Shown here: in pieces, positions 43,372 through 53,874 of the stretch
Numbering within the stretch: position 1 is the first letter of the stretch
Layout: each line of letters starts with the position of its first letter
NCBI GenBank assembly: GCA_937872465.1
Contig: CALMSR010000040.1
Span: forward strand, 78,279-142,278
DNA: 64,000 bases
Source: an uncultured Rhodobacteraceae bacterium
Lineage (GTDB): Bacteria; Pseudomonadota; Alphaproteobacteria; Rhodobacterales; Rhodobacteraceae
Reading direction: 5' to 3'
The notes under the pieces: generated by a model
Databases searched by the model: none
Seen by the model: the letters and a program-made list of their open reading frames with translations, nothing else
What the model was told of the DNA's origin: nothing
Translations under genes and position numbers: made by a program

Positions 43372-44289
43372 TCAGTTGCCGAGGCTCTGGTTCGGTTCGA
43401 GCTGCACCAAGGCCGCCCATTCGGTTGCGCTCATCTTCGCCCCGCCCGGGGGGCGGACTCGCTTCATCAGGATGCGGCCGCCGACACATTGCACGGCGAC
43501 GCCGTCCTCCGAGATCCCCATCACCCGTGCCGAGATGCCGTCCCCCGGCACGCGGGCGCAGTCGAAGACGTCGATCTCCGCATCGCCGAGCGTGGTCCAG
43601 GCGCCGGGCGCCGGATTGGCGCCGCGGATCAGGTCGTAGACCTGCTTGACGGGCTTGTTCCAGTCGATCCGGGTGTGCCGGCGGGTGCAGCGGCGCTCGT
43701 AGGTGGCGCGGGCCTCGTCCTGTTCCCGGTGCGGGGGGCTGCCGGAGCGGTAGAGGTCGACCACCCTCAGCACAGAATCGACCGCCGAGGGGTAGATCTT
43801 CTTGAAATAGAGGTCGATCACCGTGTCGTCGGGCGCGATCTCGCATTCCCAGTCGAGCAGGACGTCGCCCTCGTCGAGCCCGTCGGAAGGATAGAACCAG
43901 CAATAGCCCGATTTCGTGCTGCCCATGATTATCGGCCAGTTCACCGCCGACGGGCCGCGATGCAGCGGCAGGAGCGAGGGATGGAAGCAGATCGAGCCCT
44001 GGCTGGGCGCGTCGCGCGCCGCCTCCGGCACGAAGACATTGACGAAGGCCATGATCATCAGGTCGGCCTCGAAGGCCGCGAGCTCGTCGATCGTCGCCTG
44101 CTCCTTGAAATGGGTCGGCTGCAGCACCGGCAGCCCCTTCCCGAGCGCGAAATCCTTGATCGGATCGGCCGGCCGGCCTTCCCGGTCGGGCTCGCAATAG
44201 ACGGCGACCACCTCGTCGGTGCCGGCTTCCAGGAGCCTCGCCAGCACATCCTTGCCGAACGCCTGCTGCCCCATCACGATCAAACGCAT
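43372..44289 (-). CDS. Formyltransferase-family protein resembling the N-terminal hydrolase domain of 10-formyl-THF dehydrogenase (not the housekeeping Fmt)
   Basis: [48 protein letters not shown]; no def neighbour. Confidence 0.8.
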   Translation of the reverse strand: MRLIVMGQQAFGKDVLARLLEAGTDEVVAVYCEPDREGRPADPIKDFALGKGLPVLQPTHFKEQATIDELAAFEADLMIMAFVNVFVPEAARDAPSQGSICFHPSLLPLHRGPSAVNWPIIMGSTKSGYCWFYPSDGLDEGDVLLDWECEIAPDDTVIDLYFKKIYPSAVDSVLRVVDLYRSGSPPHREQDEARATYERRCTRRHTRIDWNKPVKQVYDLIRGANPAPGAWTTLGDAEIDVFDCARVPGDGISARVMGISEDGVAVQCVGGRILMKRVRPPGGAKMSATEWAALVQLEPNQSLGN

Positions 44290-44346
44290 CCGCTTTCCCC
44301 TTCTTGCGATCGCCCGGTCTCGCGCCGGGCCGCCGCTCCCCCGCCC

Positions 44347-45621
44347 CTAATCCGCCCCGACCGTCTTCGGCTCGCCCACCGCCCCGGAGCGGTACACCCG
44401 GTCCACCTCCTCGGGCGAATAGCCGAGCACCTCCGCGAGGATCTGCGCCGTGTGTTCGCCCAGCAGCGGCGAGCGCGTCACGTCCACGGGGCTGTCGGAC
44501 ATCTTGATCGGGCAGCCGACGCTGAGATACGGGCCGCGCTCGGGATGCTCGACCTCGACGATGGTGCCGGTGGCGCGAAGCCCCTCGTCCTCGGCGATCT
44601 CCTTCATGCTCAGGATCGGGCCGACGGGGATGTCGAGGGGATTGCAGATGTCCATGACCTCGAACTTGGTCTTGGTCATCGTCCAGTCCTCGATCGCGCC
44701 GAAGATCTGGTTCAGCCGCGGCAGGCGCGCCTTGAGGGTGGCGAAATCGGGGTCGGTCTTCCACTCGGGCTTGCCGATCACGTCGCAGACCTTCTCCCAG
44801 ACCGCGGCCTGGGTGATGAAATAGGTATAGGCGTTCGGGTCGGTCTCCCAGCCCTTGCAGCGCAGGATCCGCCCCGGCTGGCCGCCGCCGGAATCGTTGC
44901 CGGCGCGCGGGGTCGCCTCGCCGAAGGGGATGCCCTCGCCGAACTGCGAATATTCGGTGAGCGGTCCGGCCTCCAGGCGCTGCTGGTCGCGCAGCTTGAC
45001 CCGGCAGAGGTTGATCACCCCGTCCTGCATGGGGGCCAGCACCTTCTGGCCGCGCCCGGAGCGCTCGCGCTGGTAGAGCGCTGCGACGATGCCGAGCGCC
45101 AGATGCAGCCCGGTGCCGGAATCGCCGATCTGCGCCCCGGTGACGAGCGGCGGGCCGTCGAGAAATCCGGTGGTCGAGGCCGAGCCGCCGGCGCATTGCG
45201 CCACGTTCTCATAGACCTTGCAATCCTGGTACTTGCCCGGGCCGAAGCCCTTGACCGAGGCGACGATGATGCGCGGATTGATCTTCTGGATCGTCTCCCA
45301 GGAGAAGCCCATGCGGTCGAGCGCGCCGGGCGCGAAATTCTCCACCAGCACGTCGCAGGTCTCGATCAGCCGGGTGAGCACCTCTTTGCCGGTCTCGTTC
45401 TTGGAGTTGATCTCGATCGAGCGCTTGTTGTGGTTGAGCATGGTGAAATAGAGGCTGTCGGCCCCGGGCTTGTCGACGAGCTGCTTTCGGGTCGCGTCGC
45501 CGACGCCCGGCCGCTCGACCTTGAACACGTCGGCGCCGAGCCAGGCCAGCAGCTGCGTGCAGGTCGGGCCCGACTGCACATGGGTGAAATCGAGAACCTT
45601 GATGCCGTCCAGAGCTTTCAT
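44347..45621 (-). CDS. frc: Formyl-CoA:oxalate CoA-transferase
   Basis: [49 protein letters not shown]. Confidence 0.96.
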   Translation of the reverse strand: MKALDGIKVLDFTHVQSGPTCTQLLAWLGADVFKVERPGVGDATRKQLVDKPGADSLYFTMLNHNKRSIEINSKNETGKEVLTRLIETCDVLVENFAPGALDRMGFSWETIQKINPRIIVASVKGFGPGKYQDCKVYENVAQCAGGSASTTGFLDGPPLVTGAQIGDSGTGLHLALGIVAALYQRERSGRGQKVLAPMQDGVINLCRVKLRDQQRLEAGPLTEYSQFGEGIPFGEATPRAGNDSGGGQPGRILRCKGWETDPNAYTYFITQAAVWEKVCDVIGKPEWKTDPDFATLKARLPRLNQIFGAIEDWTMTKTKFEVMDICNPLDIPVGPILSMKEIAEDEGLRATGTIVEVEHPERGPYLSVGCPIKMSDSPVDVTRSPLLGEHTAQILAEVLGYSPEEVDRVYRSGAVGEPKTVGAD

Positions 45622-45664
45622 GTCGTGCTCCCTTCGATGCTTGATGGAATGAAGCAGGTGCCAA

Positions 45665-47410
45665 TCATTTCCTGGAAACGACGCTCTGCGGGTTGAGATT
45701 GCCGATGCGGCCGCTCTCGGTGCCGGCGGCGGGATCGATCACGGCGTTGATCAGGGTCGGCCGGCCGGAATCCATCGCCTCGTTCACGGCGCGGCGAAGC
45801 TCGTCGGGCGAGGTGGCGTTGACGCCGACGCCGCCGAAGGCCTCCATCATCCGGTCGTAGCGCGCGCCCGGGACGAAGACCGTGGTCGCCGCATCGGGGC
45901 CGCCCGAGGGATTGACGTCGGTGCCGCGGTAGATGCCGCCGTTGTTGAACACCACGACGCAGACCGGCAGGCGGTAGCGGCAGATCGTCTCGACCTCCAT
46001 GCCCGAGAAGCCGAAGGCGCTGTCGCCTTCGACCGCCAGCACCGGCTGGCCGGTCTCGATCGCGGCGGCGATGGCGGTGCCCATGCCGACGCCCATCACC
46101 CCCCAGGTGCCGACGTCGAGGCGCTTCCGGGGCCGGTACATGTCGATGATCGAGCGGGCGAAATCGAGCGTGTTGGCGCCTTCGTTGACGAGAATCGCCT
46201 CGGGCCGTTCCTTGATGATCGTGCGCAGCGCGCCCAGCGCCCCGTGGAAGTCCATCGGCACGTTGTTGTTCTGGAGCCGCGGCGCCATCCTGGCGACATT
46301 GGCCTCGCATTTCGCGCGGATCGCCTCGGTCCATTCCGCCGGCGGCCTGGCCCAGCCATCGCCCATCGCGTCGAGCAGCGCCGAGAGGCAGGAGGCGATG
46401 TCCCCGACCAGCGGGCCGGCGACGGGCAGGTTGCTATCCATCTCCTTCGGGTCGATGTCGATCTGGACGAAGGTCTTCGAGCCGGGCGCGCCCCATTGCT
46501 TGCCCTTGCCGTGCGACAGCAGCCAGTTCAGCCTGGCGCCGATCAGCATCACGGTGTCCGCTTCCTTCAGGGCCAGCGACCGCGCCGCGCCGGCGTATTG
46601 CGGATGCGTGTCCGGCAGGAGGCCCTTGGCCATGCTCATCGCGATATAGGGGATACCGGTCTTCTCGACGAAGCCGCGCACCAGATCGTCGGCCTGGGCA
46701 TAGGCCGCGCCCTTGCCGAGGATGATCAGGGGCTTCCTGGCCTTGCCGAGGATGTCGAGCGCCCGCTGGACCGCCGCGGGTGCGGGGAATTGCGCCGGCG
46801 CCGGATCGACCACCTCGACGAGCGAGGCGGCGCCCTCGGCGGCATCGATCGCCTGGCCGAGCAGCTTGGCGGGGAGGTCCAGATAGACGCCGCCCGGACG
46901 GCCGGAGAGCGCGGCGCGGATCGCCCGCGCCACGGCGATTCCGATGTCCTCGGCGTGCAGCACCCGGTACGCGGCCTTGCAGAGCGGCCTGGCGACGGCG
47001 AGCTGGTCCAGCTCCTCGTAGTCGCCCTGCTGGAGATCGACGACCTCACGCTCGGACGAGCCGCTGATCAGGATCATCGGCCAGCAGTTCGTCGTCGCAT
47101 GGGCGAGCGCGGTCAGCCCGTTCAGGAAACCCGGCGCGGAGACCGTGAGGCAGACCCCGGGCCGCCTGGTGAGGTAGCCCGCGATGGCGGCGGCATTCCC
47201 GGCGTTCTGCTCGTGCCGGAAAGAGATGACCCGCATCCCCTCCGCCTGCGCCATGCGGCCCAGGTCGGTGATCGGGATCCCCGGCACGCCGTAGATCGTG
47301 GTGATGCCGTTGAGCTTCAGCGCATCGATCACCAGGTGGAATCCGTCGGTCAGCTGGCCGGCCTCCGGTGCGGTTTCTTCGGTCGAGGGTGCGGTGCCGA
47401 ACGGCGCCAT
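45665..47410 (-). CDS. oxc: Oxalyl-CoA decarboxylase (ThDP)
   Basis: [55 protein letters not shown]...NNGG. Confidence 0.96.
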   Translation of the reverse strand: MAPFGTAPSTEETAPEAGQLTDGFHLVIDALKLNGITTIYGVPGIPITDLGRMAQAEGMRVISFRHEQNAGNAAAIAGYLTRRPGVCLTVSAPGFLNGLTALAHATTNCWPMILISGSSEREVVDLQQGDYEELDQLAVARPLCKAAYRVLHAEDIGIAVARAIRAALSGRPGGVYLDLPAKLLGQAIDAAEGAASLVEVVDPAPAQFPAPAAVQRALDILGKARKPLIILGKGAAYAQADDLVRGFVEKTGIPYIAMSMAKGLLPDTHPQYAGAARSLALKEADTVMLIGARLNWLLSHGKGKQWGAPGSKTFVQIDIDPKEMDSNLPVAGPLVGDIASCLSALLDAMGDGWARPPAEWTEAIRAKCEANVARMAPRLQNNNVPMDFHGALGALRTIIKERPEAILVNEGANTLDFARSIIDMYRPRKRLDVGTWGVMGVGMGTAIAAAIETGQPVLAVEGDSAFGFSGMEVETICRYRLPVCVVVFNNGGIYRGTDVNPSGGPDAATTVFVPGARYDRMMEAFGGVGVNATSPDELRRAVNEAMDSGRPTLINAVIDPAAGTESGRIGNLNPQSVVSRK

Positions 47411-47516
47411 GTCAGTTCTCCTTGCTGCGGCCCGGGCGATTGCCGGCGTGCGCCGGACGATCCGCTCCGGCCGCCGTGGCCCTTTGCTCTCGTGTTCCGT
47501 GCACCGAGGCCGCCAT

Positions 47517-48233
47517 TCAGAGGGAGTCCGCCGTCGACTGGTTGATGCCCTCGAAGCGGGTCCAGGTGCGCCGGACATGATCGTGTAGCCGCATAGTGTG
47601 CTCGCGGACCAGACGCGACGCGCGGTCGGCGTCGCGTCGCTCCAGGGCTTCGATGATTTCCATGTGATCGACCACCGAGCGGCTGGCGCGATTGCCCTCG
47701 CCCATCGCCCGCCGCCGGACCGCATGCATATGCGCAAAGAGCGTATCGGCCGTGGTCTTGAGCAGCTTGCAGCCCGAGAGTTCGAGAATCCGCTGGTGAA
47801 ACCGGATGTTGGCGTCGGAATATTCCTCGAGCTCCGCCCGTTCGGCATCGGCGCTGTGCTTGACCGCGAACCTTCGGAGCTGCCGGAAATCCGCGTCGCT
47901 CGCCGCCTGGGTCGCCATCCGCGCCGCCATGCTCTCCAGCGCCGCCCAGGTCACCACCATCTCGAGAATCTCGTCGCGGGACTTGCGCTGGACGAAGACG
48001 CCCTTGCGCGGGAGAATCACGACGAGGCCCTCCTGCGCCAGCCGGGCCAGCGCCTCGCGAATCGGCGTGCGGGAGACCGCGAGCTGCTCGGCGAGCTTCC
48101 TCTCGTCCAGCCGGAGGTCGACGCCCGGCTGATAGATGTTCATCTTCAGGATGGCTTCGCGCAGGACCCCATAGATGTGGTCCTTCAGAGAGAAATTCTC
48201 CGAGATCGGACTGAGCGCATCCGTCAAGGACAT
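47517..48233 (-). CDS. GntR/FadR family regulator (probable oxalate regulon)
   Basis: [24 protein letters not shown]; FCD domain NIRFH...HMEIIEAL. Confidence 0.9.
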   Translation of the reverse strand: MSLTDALSPISENFSLKDHIYGVLREAILKMNIYQPGVDLRLDERKLAEQLAVSRTPIREALARLAQEGLVVILPRKGVFVQRKSRDEILEMVVTWAALESMAARMATQAASDADFRQLRRFAVKHSADAERAELEEYSDANIRFHQRILELSGCKLLKTTADTLFAHMHAVRRRAMGEGNRASRSVVDHMEIIEALERRDADRASRLVREHTMRLHDHVRRTWTRFEGINQSTADSL

Positions 48234-48281
48234 CGGGCTTCCCCTCCCCACCGCCCGCAGGATGGCGGACGGGTCGGCATC

Positions 48282-48306
48282 TGGTGTGCCGTAATCTGGC
48301 ATACCA
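48282..48306. promoter_or_regulatory. Possible FadR-type operators
   Basis: TGGTGTGCCG (48282) and TGGCATACCA (48297) resemble the TGGTATACCA palindrome. Confidence 0.4.
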
Positions 48307-48452
48307 TAAACCCGAAACGGCCCCGGTCAACCGGATTCTTCGGCGATGCGCGTTCCGGCCGGTTGACCTGAGTGGCCGTCCGGGTGCACCGATACCGCAT
48401 TCGTCCGTGCCGATAACCGTGCGGCACCGCTGCGGGAAAGGAGAGGCGCCCC

Positions 48453-48995
48453 TTGCTGATCAGAGCCAAGGATTCGGTCCTCGTCGTCATCGACGTCCAG
48501 GAGCGGCTGGTTCCCGCCGTGCAGGCGCCGGCGCGGACCCTGCGCAATACGCAGACCCTGCTCGCGGCCGCCAGGGAATGCTCGGTCCCGGTCATCCTGA
48601 CCGAGCAATATCCCGAGGGCCTGGGATCCACCGTGCCCGAGATCGCCGCAGCCGCAGCCGGCGCGGCGATCATCCCCAAGATGCATTTCTCCTGCATGGA
48701 GGAGGAGGGCTTTGCCGAAGCCTTCCGGGCGCTCGGGCGCAAGCAGGCGGTGCTGGGCGGCATGGAGGCGCATATCTGCGTGGTGCAGACCGCCGCCAGC
48801 CTGCTCGAGGAAGGCTACGACGTCTTCGTGGTGTCGGATGCGACCGCCTCCCGCACATTGGAGAGCGAACGGGCCTGTCTCGCCCGCATGACCGCCTCGG
48901 GCGCCCATGTTGTGACGACGGAGATGGTCGTGTTCGAATGGCTGGGAAAGGCGGGAACGCCGGCCTTCAAGCGGCTTCTGCCCGCCATCCGGTAA
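48453..48995 (+). CDS. Isochorismatase-family cysteine hydrolase
   Basis: VVIDVQERL, TEQYPEGLG, PKMHFSC, EAHICV; TTG start with AGGAGA RBS. Confidence 0.88.
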   Translation: MLIRAKDSVLVVIDVQERLVPAVQAPARTLRNTQTLLAAARECSVPVILTEQYPEGLGSTVPEIAAAAAGAAIIPKMHFSCMEEEGFAEAFRALGRKQAVLGGMEAHICVVQTAASLLEEGYDVFVVSDATASRTLESERACLARMTASGAHVVTTEMVVFEWLGKAGTPAFKRLLPAIR

Positions 48996-49057
48996 TCGCC
49001 GGACCGCGGGCGGGCGCGGCGCAGATGGGACAGGGCAGAGAGGAGGGAGATTCGGGA

Positions 49058-49825
49058 ATGGGCAGCAGGTTATTCGATCTCCAAGGGCGCAGGGCGCTCG
49101 TCACCGGCTCCTCCCGCGGGCTCGGGCGGGCCATGGCCGAGGGGCTGGCCGAGGCCGGCGCGCGGGTCGTGCTGAACGGGGTGAATGCCGCCCGTCTCGC
49201 CGAGGCCGGCGAAGCGTTTCGCGCCGCGGGCCACGATGCCGAGGTGGCGGCCTTCGACGTCTGCGACGAGGCCGCCGTCCGCGCCGCCTTCGAGCGCTTC
49301 GACGCCGAGGGCCGCGCCATCGACATTCTCGTCAACAACGCCGGCATCCAGTTCCGCAAGCCCTTGGTCGAACTCGGGACCGAGGACTGGCGCCGGGTGA
49401 TCGACACCAACCTGACCAGCGCCTTCGTGGTCGGGCGGGAAGCGGCGAAGCGGATGATCGCGCGCGGCGCGGGCAAGATCATCAACATCGGCTCGCTGAC
49501 CAGCGACCTCGCCCGCGCCACGGTCACGCCCTATACGGTGGCGAAGGGCGGCATCAAGATGCTGACCAAGGGCATGGCCGCCGAATGGGGGCCGATGAAC
49601 ATCCAGGCCAATGCGATCGGGCCGGGCTACATGCTGACCGACATGAACGAGGCGCTGGTGAACGACCCGGCCTTCGACGCCTGGGTCAAGGGGCGCACGC
49701 CGGCGCGGCGCTGGGGGCGGCCGGAGGAACTGGTCGGGGCGGCGGTCTTTCTCGCCTCCGCCGCATCGGATTACGTCAACGGGCAGATCATCTATGTCGA
49801 TGGCGGCATGAGCTCGGTGCTCTGA
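49058..49825 (+). CDS. idnO: Gluconate 5-dehydrogenase-like SDR
   Basis: LVTGSSRGLG, NNAGIQFR, YTVAKGG, IGPGYM, DYVNGQIIYVDGG. Confidence 0.8.
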   Translation: MGSRLFDLQGRRALVTGSSRGLGRAMAEGLAEAGARVVLNGVNAARLAEAGEAFRAAGHDAEVAAFDVCDEAAVRAAFERFDAEGRAIDILVNNAGIQFRKPLVELGTEDWRRVIDTNLTSAFVVGREAAKRMIARGAGKIINIGSLTSDLARATVTPYTVAKGGIKMLTKGMAAEWGPMNIQANAIGPGYMLTDMNEALVNDPAFDAWVKGRTPARRWGRPEELVGAAVFLASAASDYVNGQIIYVDGGMSSVL

Positions 49826-49840
49826 AGGGGAGGCAAGGAC

Positions 49841-50860
49841 ATGTATTCGATCGTCGCCCACGGGCCGCGCGACCTGCGGCTGGACGAGGGCGCAACGCCG
49901 GAAGCGCCGGGTCCGGGCGAGGTCGCCGTCGCGCTTCGCATCGGCGGGATCTGCGGCTCCGACCTGCATTATTTCAACCACGGCGGCTTCGGCACCGTGC
50001 GCCTGCGGGAGCCGATGGTGCTCGGCCACGAGGTCGCCGGGACGATCGCAGCGCTCGGCGAGGGCGTCAGCGGGCTCGCGCTCGGCCAGACGGTGGCGGT
50101 CAATCCCTCGCGGCCCTGCGGCGCCTGCGCCAATTGCCGGCGGGGGCGGGCCAACCTCTGCACCGACATGCGCTTCAACGGCAGCGCCATGCGGTTTCCC
50201 CATGTCCAGGGCCTGTTCCGCGAAAGCGTCGTCGTGCCGGCCGCCCAGGCGGTGCCGGTCGAGGCGAGCCCCGACCTCGCCGCGCTCTGCGAGCCTTTTG
50301 CGGTCTGCCTGCATGCGGCGGCGCGGGCGGGATCGCTGCTCGGCGCCCGGGTGCTCGTCTCCGGCAGCGGCCCGATCGGATGCCTGACCGTGCTCGCGGC
50401 GCGGCTGGCGGGCGCCGCGGAGATCGTGGTGACCGACATCGCCGAGCCGCCGCTGGCGGTCGCGCGCGCGCTCGGGGCCACGGCGACGGTCGATGTCGCC
50501 GCATCGCCGGACGGGCTCGACGGGCGCGTCTTCGACGCCGCCTTCGAATGCTCCGGCAACGGCCAGGCGCTCCTCGCCGCGCTGAAGGTCCTGCGCGCCG
50601 GCGGGCGGCTGGTGCTGGTCGGGCTCGGCGGCGAGGTGACGCTGCCCATCGCCGGCCTGGTGCCGAGCGAGACCGAGATCGTCGGCAGCTTCCGCTTCGA
50701 CGGGGAATTCGCCATGGCAGCCGACCTGATCTCGCGCGGGCGCGTCGATCCCTCGCCGCTGATCACCCATACCCTGCCGATGCGGCGGGCAGAGGAGGCC
50801 TTCGTGCTGGCCTCCGACCGCGCGGCGGCGATGAAGGTCCAGATCGCGCTGGGCGCCTGA
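49841..50860 (+). CDS. idnD: L-idonate 5-dehydrogenase-like Zn-dependent dehydrogenase
   Basis: GGICGSDLHYF, LGHE, MRFNGSAMRFPH.QG, GSFRF. Confidence 0.8.
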   Translation: MYSIVAHGPRDLRLDEGATPEAPGPGEVAVALRIGGICGSDLHYFNHGGFGTVRLREPMVLGHEVAGTIAALGEGVSGLALGQTVAVNPSRPCGACANCRRGRANLCTDMRFNGSAMRFPHVQGLFRESVVVPAAQAVPVEASPDLAALCEPFAVCLHAAARAGSLLGARVLVSGSGPIGCLTVLAARLAGAAEIVVTDIAEPPLAVARALGATATVDVAASPDGLDGRVFDAAFECSGNGQALLAALKVLRAGGRLVLVGLGGEVTLPIAGLVPSETEIVGSFRFDGEFAMAADLISRGRVDPSPLITHTLPMRRAEEAFVLASDRAAAMKVQIALGA

Positions 50861-50900
50861 GGCCGCCGGGGCGTCCCGCGGGCAGCGGGGCGCCCGCGGC

Positions 50901-51869
50901 TCAGCGCAGGCGATCGAGCAGGGGCGCGCCGCGGGCGAGGCGGTTCACGTTCTCGGCCATGGCGGCGCGGCGGCGATCGATGGTGCCTTGCGTCCAGCCC
51001 GACATGTGCGGGGTCATCACCAGGTTCGGCAATTCGTGGAACGGCAGGGCGGACGGCAGGGGCGCGGGGGTCGCGCCGTCGGGATAGACGTACCAGGTGT
51101 CGATGACCGCGCCGGCGATGCGCCCGTCGCGGAGCGCGTCGTAGAGCGCCCGCTCGTCGATCACCGGCCCGCGCCCGACGTTCATGACGATGGCCCGGGA
51201 GGGCAGTGCGGCGAGGACCTCGGCACCGATCAGGCCGCGGGTCCCTCCGGTCAGGGGCAGCGTGTTCAGCAGCACATCGAGGCCGGCGGCCATCTCGGCC
51301 AGGCGGTCCAGCGGCCAGGCCCGGGCCGGGCTTGCGGCCGCGACCGGCGAGCGGTTGGCCACCTCGACGCGCATCCCGAAGGCCGCGGCGCGGGCGGCGA
51401 CCGCCCGGCCGATATGGCCGAAGCCGAGGATCCCGAGGGTCTCGCCCCCGATCTCGCCGCGAAGCCCGGCCGGGTTGCCGGCCCAGTGGTGCCAGTCGCC
51501 GCGGCGGAGCTGCCGGTCCGCCGCGGCGAGCGGCACGTGTCGCGCCAGCAGCGCCGCGATGACGTATTCGGCGATAGCGGGCTCGTGCCCGTAGACGTTG
51601 CAGAGCGCGCAGCCGGCGGGGAGCAGCGCGGTGTCCACGGCATCGGTGCCGGCGCCGGCGACCTGGAAGAGCCGCGCCGAGAGCCGGGGCTGCGCCTCGC
51701 TGAGCCGGATGCCGATCACGACCTCGGCCGCGGCATAGGCCTCGGTCTCGCCGGGGGCGTCGAGGCCGTCCGAGAGCAGGGCGATCTCGTGCGGCACATC
51801 CAGCAGATCGGCGAAGCCCGGCGCGAAGCTCGCCGCATTGCTCCCGTGGAACACGATCCGCATGGTCAC
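50901..51869 (-). CDS. D-isomer-specific 2-hydroxyacid dehydrogenase
   Basis: GILGFGHIG, NVGRG, IDTW, MTPHMSG. Confidence 0.88.
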   Translation of the reverse strand: MTMRIVFHGSNAASFAPGFADLLDVPHEIALLSDGLDAPGETEAYAAAEVVIGIRLSEAQPRLSARLFQVAGAGTDAVDTALLPAGCALCNVYGHEPAIAEYVIAALLARHVPLAAADRQLRRGDWHHWAGNPAGLRGEIGGETLGILGFGHIGRAVAARAAAFGMRVEVANRSPVAAASPARAWPLDRLAEMAAGLDVLLNTLPLTGGTRGLIGAEVLAALPSRAIVMNVGRGPVIDERALYDALRDGRIAGAVIDTWYVYPDGATPAPLPSALPFHELPNLVMTPHMSGWTQGTIDRRRAAMAENVNRLARGAPLLDRLR

Positions 51870-51918
51870 TCCGTCGCTGGGACGCCGCCGGTTCCGAGGC
51901 TCCGGAGCGTGATGGCCT

Positions 51919-52593
51919 TCAGTTTCTCATCCCCTTGGCGGCGGCGCCCCGCTCGTCCTCGATGATCGGGCGGATGTCGTCGGCCAAGCGTCCGAGATGG
52001 GTCTCGAGGGCGGCGCGCACGGCGGCGACGTCGCGGACCATGAGCGCTGCGACGATCGCGTCGTGATCGGCGCGGGCGCGGGAGCGGTTGCGCCATTGCC
52101 GGGCGGCGAGGTAGCGGGCGCGCCAGAGCCGGGAGAGGAAGGCGTGATGCGTCTCGGCGAGGGAGTCGTTGTGCGACGCATCGGCGATGGCGGTGTGGAA
52201 GGCCATGTCCACCTCGAAGAGATCGAGCGAATCGCCCGTCTCGTAGAGATCCGTCATCTGGTCGCTGAGGTCGCGGATCCGGGCGAGATCGTCTTCCGTC
52301 GCGCGGCTGCATGCGAGCTCCGCCGAGAGCACCTCGAGGGTCCGCAGGACCAGGAGCTGGTCGGAGAGTTCCTGGAACGTGGGATCCGCGACCCGGGGAC
52401 TCCGCGACGGCGCGAGGACGATCAGCCCTTCGGTGGCCAGGATGCGGATCGCCTCGCGCATGGGTGTCCGGCTGACCCCCAGCCCTTCGGCATTGTCGCG
52501 TTCCTTGACCTTCGCGCCGGGGAGCAGCTCCCCGCGCAGGATGTCGCGTCGAAGCCGAGCGGCGATCTCCGTTGCCAGGTTCGCATCCACCAT
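51919..52593 (-). CDS. GntR/FadR family regulator
   Basis: VKERDNAEGLGVSRTPMREAIRIL, DMAFHTAI, HDAIV. Confidence 0.9.
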   Translation of the reverse strand: MVDANLATEIAARLRRDILRGELLPGAKVKERDNAEGLGVSRTPMREAIRILATEGLIVLAPSRSPRVADPTFQELSDQLLVLRTLEVLSAELACSRATEDDLARIRDLSDQMTDLYETGDSLDLFEVDMAFHTAIADASHNDSLAETHHAFLSRLWRARYLAARQWRNRSRARADHDAIVAALMVRDVAAVRAALETHLGRLADDIRPIIEDERGAAAKGMRN

Positions 52594-52631
52594 CGGGGCG
52601 GCTCCTCGGGCGCGCGATCGGCGCCCCACCA

Positions 52632-52645
52632 TTTGGTATACCAAA
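52632..52645. promoter_or_regulatory. FadR-type GntR operator
   Basis: Perfect palindrome TTTGGTATACCAAA between the divergent gntR and dctP. Confidence 0.75.
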
Positions 52646-52760
52646 ATTGATTGATTGTCGACCCGGGATTCGGTAGCGTCGCGCCGGAAGTGACCTGTCC
52701 GCCGCGGCCTCGGCACGCGACGGCCAATGGCCGAAGGGCCGTAAAGGGAGGAAAATAACG

Positions 52761-53774
52761 ATGAAGTTCAACGCCTTGCTCGCCTCATCGGCGGTTCTGG
52801 CGCTCACCGCCATGCCGTCGCTGGCCCAGGAAACACACCTGCGGATCCAGACGCATTACGGGCCGGAGACGATCTCGGGCAAGAACGCGGCGCAGTTCGT
52901 CGACGACGTCCAGACCATGTCGAACGGCGAGATCACCATCGAGATGTTCTACTCCTCCTCCGTGGTCGCCTCGGTCGAGACCTTCGACGCGGCGGCCAAC
53001 GGAATCCTCGACTGCGACATGACCGGCGGCGCCTATCAGACCGGCAAGGATCCGGCCTTCCAGTTCGTCGGCGACATCATGGGCGGCTACGACACCCCGT
53101 TCCAGCAGCTCGGCTGGCTCTATGCCGGCGGCGGCATGGAGGTCGCGCAGAAGCTCTACAACAAGTACGGCATGGAGCTGATCGGCTGGTGGGTCGTCGG
53201 ACAGGAAGCGCTGGCCTCGACCAAGCCGATCGGGGGCGTTGCCGACATCCAGGAATGGAAGTTCCGCTCGCCTCCGGGCATGGAGACCAAGATCTTCGAG
53301 AAGCTCGGCGCCAAGCCGATCGTGATGGATTTCACCGAGGTCTTCACGGCGCTCGAATCCGGCATCATCGACGGCGCCGATGCCTCGATCCTCGCCAACA
53401 ACCAGGGCATGGGCCTCTACGACATCGCCCGGAACGCCACCTACCCCGGCTTCCACTCGATGCCCTCGGACCATCTCGCCTGCAACAAGGCGGTCTGGGA
53501 CGCGATGCCCGAGAACCACCAGCGCATCATCAAGGTCGCGATGGAGAAGCTGGGCCTGGAGCAGGCGCTGACCTCGGCCAAGGCGAACGCCGAGGCGGCG
53601 ACCGCGCTGAAGGAAGCCGGCGTGAACCTCTGGGACTGGTCGCCGGAGGACCGTGCGGCCTTCCGCGCCGCGGCGATCGAGACCTGGCCCGAATTCGCCA
53701 CCACGCCGGAGGCGATGGAACTGGTGGAAAGCCACACCGCCTATCTGAAATCGATCGGAATCATCCCCGAGTGA
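52761..53774 (+). CDS. dctP: TRAP transporter substrate-binding protein DctP
   Basis: Signal peptide, KFRSPPG, EVFTALESGIIDG, HQRIIK. Confidence 0.92.
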   Translation: MKFNALLASSAVLALTAMPSLAQETHLRIQTHYGPETISGKNAAQFVDDVQTMSNGEITIEMFYSSSVVASVETFDAAANGILDCDMTGGAYQTGKDPAFQFVGDIMGGYDTPFQQLGWLYAGGGMEVAQKLYNKYGMELIGWWVVGQEALASTKPIGGVADIQEWKFRSPPGMETKIFEKLGAKPIVMDFTEVFTALESGIIDGADASILANNQGMGLYDIARNATYPGFHSMPSDHLACNKAVWDAMPENHQRIIKVAMEKLGLEQALTSAKANAEAATALKEAGVNLWDWSPEDRAAFRAAAIETWPEFATTPEAMELVESHTAYLKSIGIIPE

Positions 53775-53806
53775 TCGCGGTGCCGCCGATCACGGCTTGA
53801 GGCAGC

Positions 53807-53836
53807 GGGCGGGCCGTCGCGGCCCGCCCCTTTCTT
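53807..53836 (+). terminator. Hairpin with U-rich tail after dctP
   Basis: GGGCGGGCCG-TCG-CGGCCCGCCC followed by CTTTCTT. Confidence 0.6.
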
Positions 53837-53874
53837 GTCCTTCGAAATTCGGACGCACCGAGGGGAGTGGGCTG

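Noticed and set aside
43372-44289. Annotation as housekeeping methionyl-tRNA formyltransferase (fmt)
   Set aside because: It lacks the catalytic Asn of the NxH motif, has no def neighbour, and sits in an oxalate/C1 operon.
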